Shown: one piece after another, positions 1-13,670 of the stretch
Numbering within the stretch: position 1 is the stretch's first letter
Layout: each line of letters starts with the position of its first letter
Assembly: GCA_951406725.2 (NCBI GenBank)
Contig: OX597815.1
Location: forward strand, 120,528,001-120,592,000
Direction: 5' to 3'
Length of the DNA stretch: 64,000 bases
From: Octopus vulgaris
Lineage: Eukaryota
The notes under the pieces: model-generated
The model's input: the letters and a program-made list of their open reading frames with translations, nothing else
The model's database searches: none
What the model was told of the DNA's origin: nothing
Translations under genes and position numbers: made by a program

Positions 1-152
1 ATAATACTTCTTTTGTCCGACGAACGGGAGCGTGAAACTCTGAGTACCAGCTTTTATTATATTTCTGCTGCTTTTAAATAAAGCATATTACTCTACCGCT
101 GGTATTTGAGTACTCTTTTTTCCACCTTGTTTCACATTTATGTGCTTACTTC
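1..152 (+). mobile_element. Probable Penelope-like terminal repeat fragment with hammerhead-like core
   Basis: CCGACGA-ACG(GGAG)CGT-GAAA-CTCTGAG-TA at 17-46, then a T-rich tail ending in (TA)n. Confidence 0.45.
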
Positions 153-185
153 GTATATATGTATATATATCAATAGATAGATATG

Positions 186-375
186 TGTTTGTGTGTATCT
201 GTGTTTGTTCCCCACATCACTTAACAACCGGTGTTGGTTTGTCTACGTTGCTGTAACTTAACGGTTCGGCAAAAGACACCGATAGAATAAGTACCAAGTA
301 CCATGCTTAGAAAAATTAAGTACCGGTCTCAAATTTTTCAAGGCAGTGCTGCAGTTTAATGACTGAAACAAAATA
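186..375 (+). mobile_element. SINE family A, 3' half
   Basis: Matches 3' part of 12161-12535 and 53942-54412 (gtaacttaacggttcggcaaaaga...gatagaataagtac...atgactgaaaca). Confidence 0.8.
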
Positions 376-378
376 ATA

Positions 379-590
<212 letters not shown>

Positions 591-1099
591 GTATAAATAC
601 GCTGTCATTTTATGCCTTGCCCTGTGGACAAAAACCCGGGATCGCCGACATTGTTTAAAAGGTAGACAATCGTTTACGATTGACTAGTATATTTAATAAA
701 TTTATAATTCATTTACAGCAGTCATGAACAAACTGCGGCCCGTGGGACTTTCATAGTAGTGCGCCTAGCGAAAAATTACCTTGAAAGTTTTTAGGATGAG
801 CCATGCTTCTCGAAAAAGGTTTTCCATACCTAATTTACAACACGCAGTGTCGGCAATGGAAGGATCTGAATCAGTGAAAGAGGCTTCATTATCACCATCC
901 TTCGACGTGGTTGAACAATCAGTCCCAACCAGTCGGAATGTATAGTACGACCAACATCCACATCCCCCATACTTTGGTGCTTGATTTGTTCGTACTATTC
1001 ATCGTACTATTCGTTCGTACAATTTAACTCTTTTCAGGTAATTTCATCTGGGTCGCCAATATTGTTCATCTTTCGTAGCTGAGTGACTAGCAACGTAGA

Positions 1100-2280
1100 A
1101 TTAGTTTAGTTTAGTTTAGTTAATTTTTGGCTCAAAAAGCAAAAAGCAAGGCCATGATCTCTTTACATGTACATGTAAAGAGATCAGGCCACTTGTGGTC
1201 AAGGGAGACTTTGAACCGAGCGGTCGTCGGCATCTTCACCATCTCGTCCGGCAGCTTATTCCACGGATCCGCGACCCGGACGGAGAAAGCCCCTCTCCTT
1301 CGATTGAGATGAAATCGTCGCAGATAGAGCTTTTCGGAGTGACCCCGCAGCCGACGCTCTGGAGCAGGAGTGAAGAACAGCTCTTTCGAGAGGTTACACT
1401 TTCCGCTTATGATGTTGTGAGCAAGAATGAGATCACCACGGCGTCGTCGTTTTTCTAGAGAATAAAGGTCGAGCGTCTTCAGCCTTTCTTCATAAGACAA
1501 ATTCTTGAGACCAAGAACCATGCGGGTAGCCAGCTTCTGGACTCTTTCGAGATGCTGTATGTCTTTGAGGAGATAAGGAGAAGAGGCTTGAATCCCGTAC
1601 TCCAATATGGGTCTCACCAGCGTGACATAGAGCGGTAGGAATATGGCTGCTGTGAGCATTCCGAATGACCGTCGAATCAAGAACAGAACTCCGCGTGCTT
1701 TGTTGGCAGCATGGACGCCCTGGGCCGAAGGCGAAAAGGAGGAATCCACCAAGATACCCAGGTTCTTTACCTGATCTCCAGCAGCAGACGACCCGGCTCG
1801 AAATAAAGTTGAGTTGCAGGAGGAGAGCCAACAGGCAGCTGACAGCACTTTGACACGTTTAGACACAGGTCCCATTCTTTAGACCATCTCCAAATTTCCT
1901 CTATATCACCGCGATGAGCGACCAGTTTGACATCGTCGGCAAATAGAAGGGTGTGTTGCGTGAGGTCGTCAGGCAAGTCATTTATGAAGACTAAGAACAA
2001 TAAGGGCCCAAGCACTGAACCTTGAGGCACGCCACTACTCGCACTGGAGACGTCGAACAGCGAACCATTAACTTGGACTTGGAAGGAGCGATCTGAGAGG
2101 AAGGCACCAACCCATCGTACAATATCCGGATGGAAACTATATGCTTGAAGCTTGACAATTAATAGACGGTGGTTTACCGAGTCAAAAGCTTTGGCAAAGT
2201 CCAATAAAACGATGTCAACAGCATCACCATCATCGAGGATGCGCATCATCAATTCTTCCATTACCAGTAAGTTGGTCATG
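1100..2280 (-). mobile_element. 5'-truncated CR1-type LINE (RT C-terminal half, frameshifted) with (TAAAC)n tail
   Basis: ORFs 1767-2279 (LDFAKAFDSVNH, GVPQGSVLGPLLF, FADD) and 1132-1875 (LVRPILEYG, LERVQKLATRMV, RRRRGDLI, FSVRVADPWNKLP); gtttagtttagtttag tail at ~1100-1120. Confidence 0.93.
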
Positions 2281-2409
2281 AAGAATGAAGTACTTTACTG
2301 AAGAACACTACCTATCGCCCGGTCCAAGAATCGAAAATACAATCTTACGACCATGAGTCCAGCACACAAACCACCAAGACACGAAATCCCACTTATATAT
2401 GTACACGCT

Positions 2410-2590
2410 ATTGGATGGCCGTTGACTCGCACGTGTTATTTCGCTCATTGACGGGTTTTGTTATTCGTCCCGTAAGGCGTCCAAAAACCACTCTACTCAC
2501 CAAGCAAACTTGGTGGGAGTTGCTGGTTTAGCCGACCATGCGACAGGGTTACATGTTGCCAGTTACACTCAAGAGCGACCTGATAAGACT
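2410..2590 (-). mobile_element. Diverged copy of the (TATG)n-associated repeat family
   Basis: Reverse complement resembles 31490-31625 and 55342-55515 (aaaacccgtcaa, caccaagc..ttggtgag, cggccatcca). Confidence 0.65.
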
Positions 2591-2859
2591 CTACAGTTTG
2601 AATATGGACCAGTGGCTAGTTAATATGCTGACAGAGGAACTAAACTTTCTAGTATTTCAGTGTTTTGTGATAGTTGCAGGAGGGTTAACTAAGAAAACCT
2701 AAAAGTTTTATATTTAGTCTGAAGAAGTAATTACACAGCAAACAAAATCATGAGCTTATATGAATACAGACTTTTATCACTTGTTTTCAGTTTTCATGCC
2801 TTAATTTTCACAGTTGTTCCCTGAGCAGACGATAATGAAGCAGAAATGTATCTAATAGA

Positions 2860-3295
2860 CGACATATTGGTAATAAAGGGAGAGGCGGAGAAGGAAGGGT
2901 AGAGGAAGGGAGGAACGGATGGGGAAATATGGGAGAATAGGGAAGAGGACGGTGAGAAAGCGTGGTGTGAAAGAAAAAAGATTGTGATACATGGTTGAGA
3001 AATTGAGAAGGATGTAAGAAAATTGGGGAAGGAATAGGAAAGATGAAGCAGCGAGAGAAGACTGAGTAAAGCGAAGAGAATAGATGTGTATAAGAGGGAA
3101 AAGAGAAAGAGAGTAGAGTGAGAGAGGGAGGGAGAGGGAGAATACAAAAACATAACGGGAAGAAGGGGAAAATAGGGACAGGTGGAGAGAGAAAGTTGAA
3201 ATTGGGAAGGAGCGAAAGAGCAGATTGGGATAAGGAGTGGTTTAAGAAACAAGCATAAGTAAAAAAGAAAAGAAAAGAATTTGAGAACAGAAAAG
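2860..3295. repeat. Polypurine low-complexity tract
   Basis: GA-rich degenerate sequence. Confidence 0.8.
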
Positions 3296-3606
3296 CGTGA
3301 GAAGTTGAGTTTTATCAGTATTCATTAATTTTGCCCGTCATTATCCAATATATAATTTAACTACGTACGATAGGGACTCTCTGCTACTTGCTAAGACAAA
3401 CAGACCATGTATCTCTGATGACCGATTAAATCTCTCATTCTCTCCTTTTCATTTCCGCATGCACGCACGCACTCACTCGCACATTTACGCACGCACGCAC
3501 TCACTCACTCACACATGCACGCATGCACGCACGCACTCACACACACTCACAAACACACATACACACAAAAGAATACTTGTATAAATGTGTGTATGTGTGT
3601 GTGTAT

Positions 3607-3783
3607 GTGACCGCGTGTGTATCGTTGGTGATTTTCTTTCTCCGTCTTCCCTTCCTTGGACCTTTCCTTTTCCTATGTTTCTGACGAAGAGCTCCGCTCG
3701 AAACGTTAGATCTTCCTTCTTTCTTTCCTTTCTTGAGCGTCCAATAACACTTTACTTGTTGTACGTCCTCGCGTTGTTGTGTT
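3607..3783 (+). mobile_element. Short non-coding repeat with hammerhead-like core (copy 1)
   Basis: CTGACGA-A-GAGC(TCC)GCTC-GAAA-CG-TT at 3681-3707; inverted homologue at 4563-4747. Confidence 0.7.
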
Positions 3784-3802
3784 ATATATATATATATATA
3801 TA

Positions 3803-4000
3803 TAAATGGAACAAAAACGCAATAGAGGAAAATAAAACATTCGGACAGATAGACGATACAAAGGTGATACAAAGCAAAAAAAGACGGGTCATTCGTGGCC
3901 TTCTTCTTTCAGTCAAGTACCAGAAGACACGACCGTTTCGGGCAGTTACACTCGAGACGGTTCGATCTGGTTGCCCCACAAAAAGTCTAAGCTAGAGTGA
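3803..4000 (-). mobile_element. Fragment of (TA)n-associated repeat family P (related to 27640-28345 and 29493-30335)
   Basis: Shared motifs gacgggtcattcg, cagtcaag, ggttgcccc, aagtctaagcta. Confidence 0.6.
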
Positions 4001-4353
4001 GAGGTTAAGTAACCACCTAAGGGGTATTAAACATCCAATATACTACTGGATGTATACCTACGTATTTATATCGAAATGCGTACTATTGCAGGGCAATATC
4101 GCAATTGAACACTAGGTATGAGTGGGAGTAAATCAGAAATTTACCCAGGATTTATAAGGCAAATAAGAAAATGGAGAGGATAAACAATCGACAAACATCA
4201 GCCTGTAAACATTCAATTATATCTATTTATTAATTGATTACAATCATATGTGTAAGTGATCCAAATAAACGAATTAAATAAGCAAATAAATAAGTAAATA
4301 AATATATAAATAAAAATAAACGAATAAAAACAGATGAGTGTACAAATACTAAA

Positions 4354-4485
4354 CTCTTACAGCTGTTTTTACCATGGGGTTGTCAAATCTTCCAAGTTTT
4401 CCACATCATGCCAGTCATATACAGGGATGAACAAACATTGCATAGGGATTGGAGAATGGTTGAGCCCCAAGGCTTCATCAGAGAG
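4354..4485 (-). ncRNA. Hammerhead-ribozyme-like fold with expanded stem II (core mutated)
   Basis: Minus strand: CTCT-CTGATGA-AGCCTTGGGG...CCCCATGGT-AAAAA-CAGCTG-TA-AGAG; stem I, stem II base and palindromic stem III all pair. Confidence 0.55.
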
Positions 4486-4499
4486 ACCAAATATTAGGA

Positions 4500-4546
<47 letters not shown>

Positions 4547-4562
4547 ATCCAAACAAGAAAAC

Positions 4563-4747
4563 ACAAAAAAAAAACAACGCGAGGACGTGGAACAAATATA
4601 GTATTATTGGACGCTCAGGAAAGAAGGGAAGAAGGAGGGTTTAACGTTTCGAGCGGAGCTCTTCGTCGGAAACATAGGAGAAGGAAAGATCCCGAGAAGG
4701 GAAGATAGAGGAAAAAAAAATCGCCAACGGTACACACGAGGTCACAT
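4563..4747 (-). mobile_element. Short non-coding repeat with hammerhead-like core (copy 2)
   Basis: Minus strand GTTT-CCGACGA-A-GAGCTCCGCTC-GAAACGTT-AAAC at 4673-4639. Confidence 0.7.
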
Positions 4748-4800
4748 TTTGAAAGATGTATATATATATATATGCGTGTATAAACGCATGTGTATATGTA

Positions 4801-4850
<50 letters not shown>

Positions 4851-4854
<4 letters not shown>

Positions 4855-5108
4855 GCTCGGTGGTTAGAGCGTCGAGCTTACAATCATGTGCTTATATGTT
4901 CGATTCTCGGCCTGGGCTGTGTATTGTGACACTTTATTTCATGTTGCTTCAATTCACTCAGCTATAGAAAGGAATTTTGACGTCACTGGTACCCGGGGAG
5001 GGAGAAACTGATATGCATGGGTGACTGCTGGTCTTCCACAAACATTCTTGCCTGGATTTGTGTCTTGCGGAGGTGGGGGAACTTTCAAAGTGCAACCCCA
5101 CGGTCATA
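4851..5108 (+). mobile_element. tRNA-derived SINE family C (internally deleted)
   Basis: A box tggctcggtggttagagc, B box gttcgattc; body matches 19559-19864. Confidence 0.75.
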
Positions 5109-5817
5109 TATGTGTACAACTATGTGTGTGTGTGTTTGCATATATATGATGTCTATTTCAGACTCAGATGAATAATCTGAGCTCAATACTCCCATCCTCA
5201 TTTGTGACTCCAGATCTAGTCTTTATCCTTTGCAAAATGAGCCTCCTTTAATTTTGCTCAGATTGCTTTCAATTTTGATGTATCGATGCAACTATGAATT
5301 TTGATTACGATCAACCAATTACTTTATCTTGTAACTTAAAGAATCTGATGTTATTTGGAATTAAAGTTGGGAAATTTGGGTAATTTTAACCGATCAACAG
5401 ACAGCGAGGCATTAACAGCTTGTTACCATGACAACCGCACATTGTGTTGTGTTCTACCCGCACACCACGAAATTTACTTCACCCGCATATTTTGTTTTAA
5501 TAAAAATTTATATTTATCAATTAGAATTTTATTATAAAATTTTTCGCCAACTGTCTTAATATTTTACATATTTCTGATATAAGGCAAAAGTTGTTTGCGA
5601 TGTTTATACAGTTTCTTGCCATTATGAAGGTGAATGGTATATGTGAACTTAGTACAGATTATTTGACATTATTCTTGAATTCTGCTTGCAAAAACATATA
5701 AGGCATTCTTTTTCTTGGGACCAATTCTTTGTTGACCAGTGTTATTCTTATCGTAGTTTACAAATCCAAGCACGAAAACGTTACTCAACTTTGAAGTTTT
5801 GGAGACAGACGTCCGCT

Positions 5818-5897
<80 letters not shown>

Positions 5898-6660
5898 ATA
5901 TATTAATGATGTACAGAAATACGTGACAGGTAACCATAATACTGGAATACGCATAAAGTAAACGCATGCAGACAAATATATTAATATTACAAATTAACAA
6001 AAATAATAAAAGCATAAATAAATGGAGAGACAAAAGAAACAGTAAGATGATACATGTTGATTTTATTAGGTATTTTTGTTTGTTTAGAAACCTACAATGA
6101 AGAGACGCTAAACTATAAATTACACAGGGTACAACCTTAAAGTTGACACCGCTCCACTAAACGCAGAAATTTTCTGTCTCGCTATTGGCTATAAATACAG
6201 TTTTTTTCGATTTTTAAACCTCTGTAACTTTTCCTCCCAATTTCTTTCTCCACAACATCATACCTTCATAGCAATTAGACAGGAAAACTTTATTATTATA
6301 GCCGATTTTCAGATTCTTTACTGTCTTTTAAAAAATGCATATTTTGCGAATGAAAAAAAAAAGAAAAAAAAGAGAAAAAAAACTAGATCCGTAACTCCTA
6401 CCACAATGAAGGCTCACCGCGGCCTGGGCACAGTAAGATGTTCAAATTTTTTTGAAAATGCTATTATCCACTCAGTGTAAATCTGTTATATTTTGAGAGA
6501 GAACATTGAAAATTTGTGATCAGCCTCTACGAAATCCAAACTATTGCACAGTCTTATTTTTATTGAAGAAAAAGTAAAACTTATAGAACTATGCAATAGC
6601 ACCCTGTTCGGGAATTTGCGTAGTTTTCAATGTCAAATGTAGTTTTCTGTCGCTCCAGAA

Positions 6661-6910
6661 CAGTGGTTCTCACCCATTTTCTTTTTAACTATGGACCCAT
6701 TTGATTTCTATTTTAATTAAGTGGAACCTCACAGTCATTCGATATTTTTAAAAATCCCATTTTAATTTTATAATTGAATACAATATAAAATTGCATTAGA
6801 AGACCGTCGAAATGTTTTGTGTATTGTAGTAATATAACCAATTTATTGAACATAGATTATATCAATAAAATGGACCCCAAGTGTCATTGGACCCCGGTTG
6901 AGAACCACTA
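6661..6910. mobile_element. hAT (Charlie-like) MITE
   Basis: TIRs cagtggttctca / tgagaaccacta; 8-bp TSD-like ctccagaa / ctctagac matching the NTCTAGAN Charlie preference; related partial copy at ~15834-15960. Confidence 0.8.
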
Positions 6911-8264
6911 CTCTAGACATTTCTAGATAATGACTGTGGCATATAATTTCATTTTTCATTCCTAAGAATATAACTTCAAAAATTATATCTTCTCCCATTT
7001 GGAGCATGAAATCAATCTTTTTCTGAGTGAGAAATGTAAGAGAAAAAGAAAAGGAAACTACCGAATTTACAATATCTGGGTGACGTAGTTTTAAAATTAT
7101 TGCTGTTTCAGTGATTAGGTGTGTTTCAGCCTTGTATTTTATAATGTGACTTTAAAGGAGAATAATAATCAAGCGAAAAATGTTGTGACACTATCTGTGA
7201 ACGGGAAGCCAAAATTTATTAGGAAGTTAAAGGCTGGCTCCGATGGCGAGGATTTGTGAAGTGTATTTATTAAAATGCCAAGTTTCGTGTATATACAAGG
7301 TAAAAGATAATATCTCTACATTTTCTTAGAAATAAAATGTGAGAAATTCTGAATTACGCCCCTGGTGCAAGGAAGCGTATGAGAGTTGGAGAAGATACAA
7401 ACTACGAGAAGACATTAATGAAGCGCTTATTAGTCAAAGATCTTTTATTAACAACGTCAAGGGTGCCGGATCTTAAAGTGCTATTGCCATATGGGCAACA
7501 AGAATTTTGGAACTGGTCTCAGGTGATTATGAGAATTTCAAAATCACCATGGAATGGGCAGTAAAACCACCCATACTGAATCAGGCAGTGTACAAACCGA
7601 AGAAATGGAATCATGAAGAGCTCCTAAATTTTCAATAATAAAACCAGCGACCTCTAATCCGGAATCCCTAAATTTCCAGAAGTGAAGCATTCTTACTTGG
7701 TCGTAAAATAAACAAGAAACGTTTGTCGGCGTCGTGTTGCACGAAAATAGAAAGTATGCATATTTTAAAGTTAGTCGTTGGCTAGATCGGTATGGCTGTT
7801 AGTTTTGAAAGACGTGTTGCATCAACTACCAATGTATTTTTAGCATTCTTTAAAATCGTGTATTACTTTCTTGTAGTTCATTCCTGGAGAGCGTAAATGT
7901 TGAGAAGACTCTGTTCAGAATTTCTGATGATGTTAACGTGATGGTGCTACAAATCTTGAAATATGCGTTCCCTCGACCAGGTAGTCACCAACATATTTGT
8001 AATTGTAATGAAATTAGTGAAATGATTTTCGCATCCAATATCACCTCCATCGACCTGCTAAAGTTTGAAGACATAATTGTATAATTGAAAAGGTGCAATC
8101 TGCAAGCGATTCCATCAACGAAAATTGGTGAGTTCTAGATATCGAATTGGACAAAATGGCAAAAAGAGATAAACAACTCACTTTAAAATGATTTTAAATT
8201 ATTTATAACAACAACAACAATTATAAGGAATAAAAACAGTTGTAATGCTACTGAACAATAAACG

Positions 8265-8295
<31 letters not shown>

Positions 8296-8489
8296 AGGGG
8301 AAGAGAGGGTGGGTACATATATACACACACAACATATACTCAAACGCAAGTACCTGATTCTATCTGAATCCTTATTTTACTACACACACACACACACACG
8401 CACACACGCACACACACACACACACACACATTCACATACACACATGTACATATACATTAATTCACACATACATGTATATAGAAATATTG

Positions 8490-8520
<31 letters not shown>

Positions 8521-9092
8521 CTCGCTTCCTCTCGTAAGGATCGGTCTTCAAAAGGAAAGGGAACGCAAAGATGAACGCGCTTGGTGAAGCAGCCCCCACA
8601 TCTTTTTCATTAACAAACAGGTTCACATTGACACAGCACGCCATGACCACTCCTAAAAGGGTTCTATCATCCCTTCTGACGCCCAACGACCGTGAATCCA
8701 TCCTTACGTAGCACCTGTCTCTCGTTTCCGGTGAGGGTCACCAATCAAACTGATCAGCCAGAGACTTGGCGAAAAATAACCCACTTCCTCATCTTTTTAT
8801 TGTTTATTTTATTCGTTTTTGTTTTTGGCAGCTTCCGGTTTCGACACGTGGGCTGATGTCTGCGTCATGCATAAACCACCGTTTAATTGCTTTTACATAA
8901 GTATTATAACTCATAGGTACACGCTAATATATGTATACGCTCACATTTTACACAGAATATTTTGTACACAAAACTCGCAATTTTACTGACTTACATTGAC
9001 TTCCGGTGCAACTCAGACTAAAACAACAAACTCAAATCATAATTTTTTACTCTACTTTATATTATTCATTTGTAAATATCCAAACTATTTTA

Positions 9093-9410
<318 letters not shown>

Positions 9411-10789
9411 GCTAATAATGAATGAGACAGACACATTGAAACATGGTAAAAATAATATTTATTTCAATAAATTGTGAATTGCTTTTTTCTTTTCTTTTCT
9501 TTTCTTTTTCTTTTTTGTAACATGTCCAGTTGCTGAAAAGAACGTTTTTTTTTTCTAAGAATATATCCTTTCTATATGAAGATGTATGTATTTAACTCGT
9601 CTTTCGTTGAAAACATTAAAATAAGAATTATTTTATAAATGGCAGCTTATGTAAAAGTACCGTATTATAATGAGAGAAACAAGCCTCTTATTTATCGGAT
9701 TTGAGCAACGGCCATAACAATACACGAAGAATAGCATAACCGCCACCACCACCACCACCAGCACTGTCGCAGCCGAAGCCACCACCACCACAACCACCAT
9801 TTCCATCTTCATCATCACCATCTCCACCACCATCATCAGTCACCACTACGATCCACAATGAAATACTGCTCCTTAACCTGGGACGGTGCTACTGCTATGC
9901 ACACAGACATCCTAAACCACATCCAGTCAGTCAGTCAGTCAACTGACTGACATTCATTCACCAATCAACAAGCGCCAGCCTCCTGTCCATGAGCACACTG
10001 TCTCCTCTCTCCTATTTTGTTATAATCGCCCCTGTTCCTCAGAGCTAGTTTGTCTCATACCTTCTCCATATTCAAGCATTTCTGATCCACCAATCCAATC
10101 TCCGTTTCTGTACTAACCCTATGCTCTCTAGAATCTTCTCTCTGCCGACTCATGTCTTTCTTGCAGGTGTTGACCTGCAACAGTTTAATTGGAACGGCAA
10201 CGCATCACGTGTACTAGTTTCAGTGATCCTGCAAAGGTCATAGGCATTAAATCTTCCAGAATTAGCAAGCAAAGAAAAACAAAACAAAACAAAATATATT
10301 ATTTTCCTCAGCAACGACACAAACGACAGCCACAGCAACAACATCAAAAACAATAAAGCAATGACATATAATAGTGACACTGTACACAGAGTAACTTCAA
10401 ATGGATAGCATTCCAGTTTTAAAAGAATACTGAGAACGTAAATCAGACCAAACAATAAAGCCATAGCCTACACTGGAGCAACATTACCTGTTGGTGTTTC
10501 AAGAAAAAAACCCCTCAACCTTCAGGCTGAAAAATTTCTCAAGTTGTCAAGTTTCAGGGACTTACCGGGTGTTCATAACTTACCTTTATTATTGAAAAAT
10601 TCAGAAAGAGAAAAAAAATGCAAATTAAGTATAACTCAGCAAAATTCATTGGCAAACAAATAGTTTTTTTTTTTGGAAAAAAAAATCCGATTTTTATACG
10701 ATTTTAATGAAATTTGAGAAGTAAGTAAATTTTGTGGTGGGGGAGATGGTAAAGGTGTTTATCTAATTCAAAGGAATCAATTGAACACT

Positions 10790-11636
<847 letters not shown>

Positions 11637-12102
11637 GAGTGAGAGAGCAGTTCATGCCATGAAAGTGACACTGGGGTAAAATATACGAAGCCCAATATAC
11701 CCATCATGACTACCCGTCTGATAAGGGTACACCAGGCACATGCATCACAACCATATGTGCGCGACATGGTGATCTCATATCAAGGTAAACAGCGCATGAC
11801 CTTGCAGGTGGGGCCCAGTTAGAATTTTCTTCAGGTTGAGTAGCCAATCCCGCTCAAAAGGTCCCTGAATAAGGGTTGTTTAAGGATGTTAAAAGAACCA
11901 CCCATGTTTCCAGAGGTGAATTATTCAAACCCCAAAGAATCCCTCTCAACACATGGCTATAATGCTCCCCCACTACTTCTGTTCGTGATCAGAGATGCAC
12001 ATATCGTCAGCCACTAAGGGACATGCTCAACTGGTTAAGGTCAAACAACTGACCAGCAAATCTGTGGTATTGAGCAGAATATTTGCTGTATTTGCTGTAG
12101 CC

Positions 12103-12104
<2 letters not shown>
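11637..12104. mobile_element. Unclassified ~470-bp element inserted in (ATT)n
   Basis: Complex non-coding sequence cleanly bounded by (ATT)n on both sides. Confidence 0.5.
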
Positions 12105-12160
<56 letters not shown>

Positions 12161-12535
12161 GGCGCAGGAATGGCTGTGTAGTAAGTAGCTTGCTTACCAA
12201 CTACATGGTTCCGGGTTCAGTCCCACTGCGTGGCACCTTGGGCAAGTGTCTTCTGCTATAGACTCGGGCCGACCAAAGCCTTGTGAGTGGATATATGTAT
12301 ATATGTATGTGTGAGTATATGTTTGTGCGTCTGTGTTTGTCCCCCACCCACAACATCGCTTGACAACCGATGCTGGTATTTTTATCTCCCCGTAACTTAG
12401 CGGTTCTGCAAAGGAGACCGATAGAATAAGTACTAGGTTTACAAAGAATAATGCCTGGGGTCGATTTGCTCAACTAAAGGTGGTGCACCAGCATGGACAC
12501 AGTCAAATGACTGAAACAAGTAAAAGAGTAAAACG
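12161..12535 (+). mobile_element. tRNA-derived SINE family A (internal microsatellite)
   Basis: Head ggcgcaggaatggctgtgtagtaag...ggttcagtcccactgcgtggcaccttgggcaagt; tail atgactgaaacaagtaaaagag; many copies in window. Confidence 0.9.
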
Positions 12536-12537
12536 AG

Positions 12538-12618
<81 letters not shown>

Positions 12619-12963
12619 TTTATTGCTGTTGTTGTTGTCATTGTTGTTCTTATTACTGTCGACTAAGTCTGATGTACAAAGGAAAACGCTTCAAGTTTCA
12701 GATAAATATTTTACTTTCAGTTGCTTTATGCTGTTTCTTTTTATTGTTTCACTGATTTTGCAAGATGAGAATTTCTTTATCTCCCTTTGGGGGGAAATAA
12801 GTTTGAACTTTATTCGTCATTTCTCAGTAAAAGAAAACCAAATTCTTAGAAATGATAACGGAAGAGGGTGTGAAACTTCTTTTGTGAGAATGGACCACCC
12901 AACCTTATTGTGGGGGAGTGAAATAAAACATAGCATCGCATAATGGCAATAACATAGCAGAGA

Positions 12964-13416
12964 TGGCGGCGACGAGCTGGCAGAATCGTTAGCATGTCAG
13001 GCAAAATGCTTAGAAGTATTTCGTCCATGTTTAAGTTCTGAGTTCAAATTCCGTCGAGATGGACTTTGTCTTTTATATCCTTTCGGTGTAGATAAAATAC
13101 GAACCGGTTGAACGCAGGGGTTGATGTAATCGATTTAACGTCCTCCCACAAAATTCCCGGCTTTGTACCAATATCAGAAACCAATAATGTAACAGAGACA
13201 AGTAGGCGAGCTGGCAGAATTGTTAATACGCCGAGCAAAATGCTTAGCGACAATTCGTTCGTCTTTACGTTCTGAGTTCAAATTCCATCGAGTTCGACTT
13301 CGAATTTTATCCTTTCGGTGTGAATAAAATAAGAGCTAGTAGGGCACTGGGACCGATGTAATCGACTTACTCCTTCTTTCGAACTTGCTGGCCTTGTGTG
13401 CCAAAATTTGAAACCA
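12964..13416 (+). mobile_element. Two tandem SINE family B copies
   Basis: gcgagctggcagaat..ttagc heads at ~12970 and ~13206; gttctgagttcaaattcc B-box-like motif. Confidence 0.8.
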
Positions 13417-13483
13417 ATAACATAATGGAGACAACAACTACAACAACAACAACTACAACAACAGCAGCAACAACGACTAGAAG

Positions 13484-13670
13484 TGGAGGTGCAATGGCCC
13501 AGTGGTTAGGACAGTGGACTCGCGGTCGTAAGAACGCGGTTTCGATTCTCAGACCGGGCATTGTGAATGTTTATTGAGCAAAAACACCTAAGATTCACGA
13601 GCACCGGCAGGGGTGGTGGTGAACTCCACTGTACTCTTTCAACACAACATTCTCTCATTCTTTCTTCCTA
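13484..13670 (+). mobile_element. tRNA-derived SINE family D, 5' part
   Basis: Matches 22935-23120. Confidence 0.8.

Noticed and set aside
7080-7900. Possible decayed Tc1-like transposase
   Set aside because: Only a vague WAVKPPILN resemblance and a cagggt TIR-like start at ~6125; too weak to call
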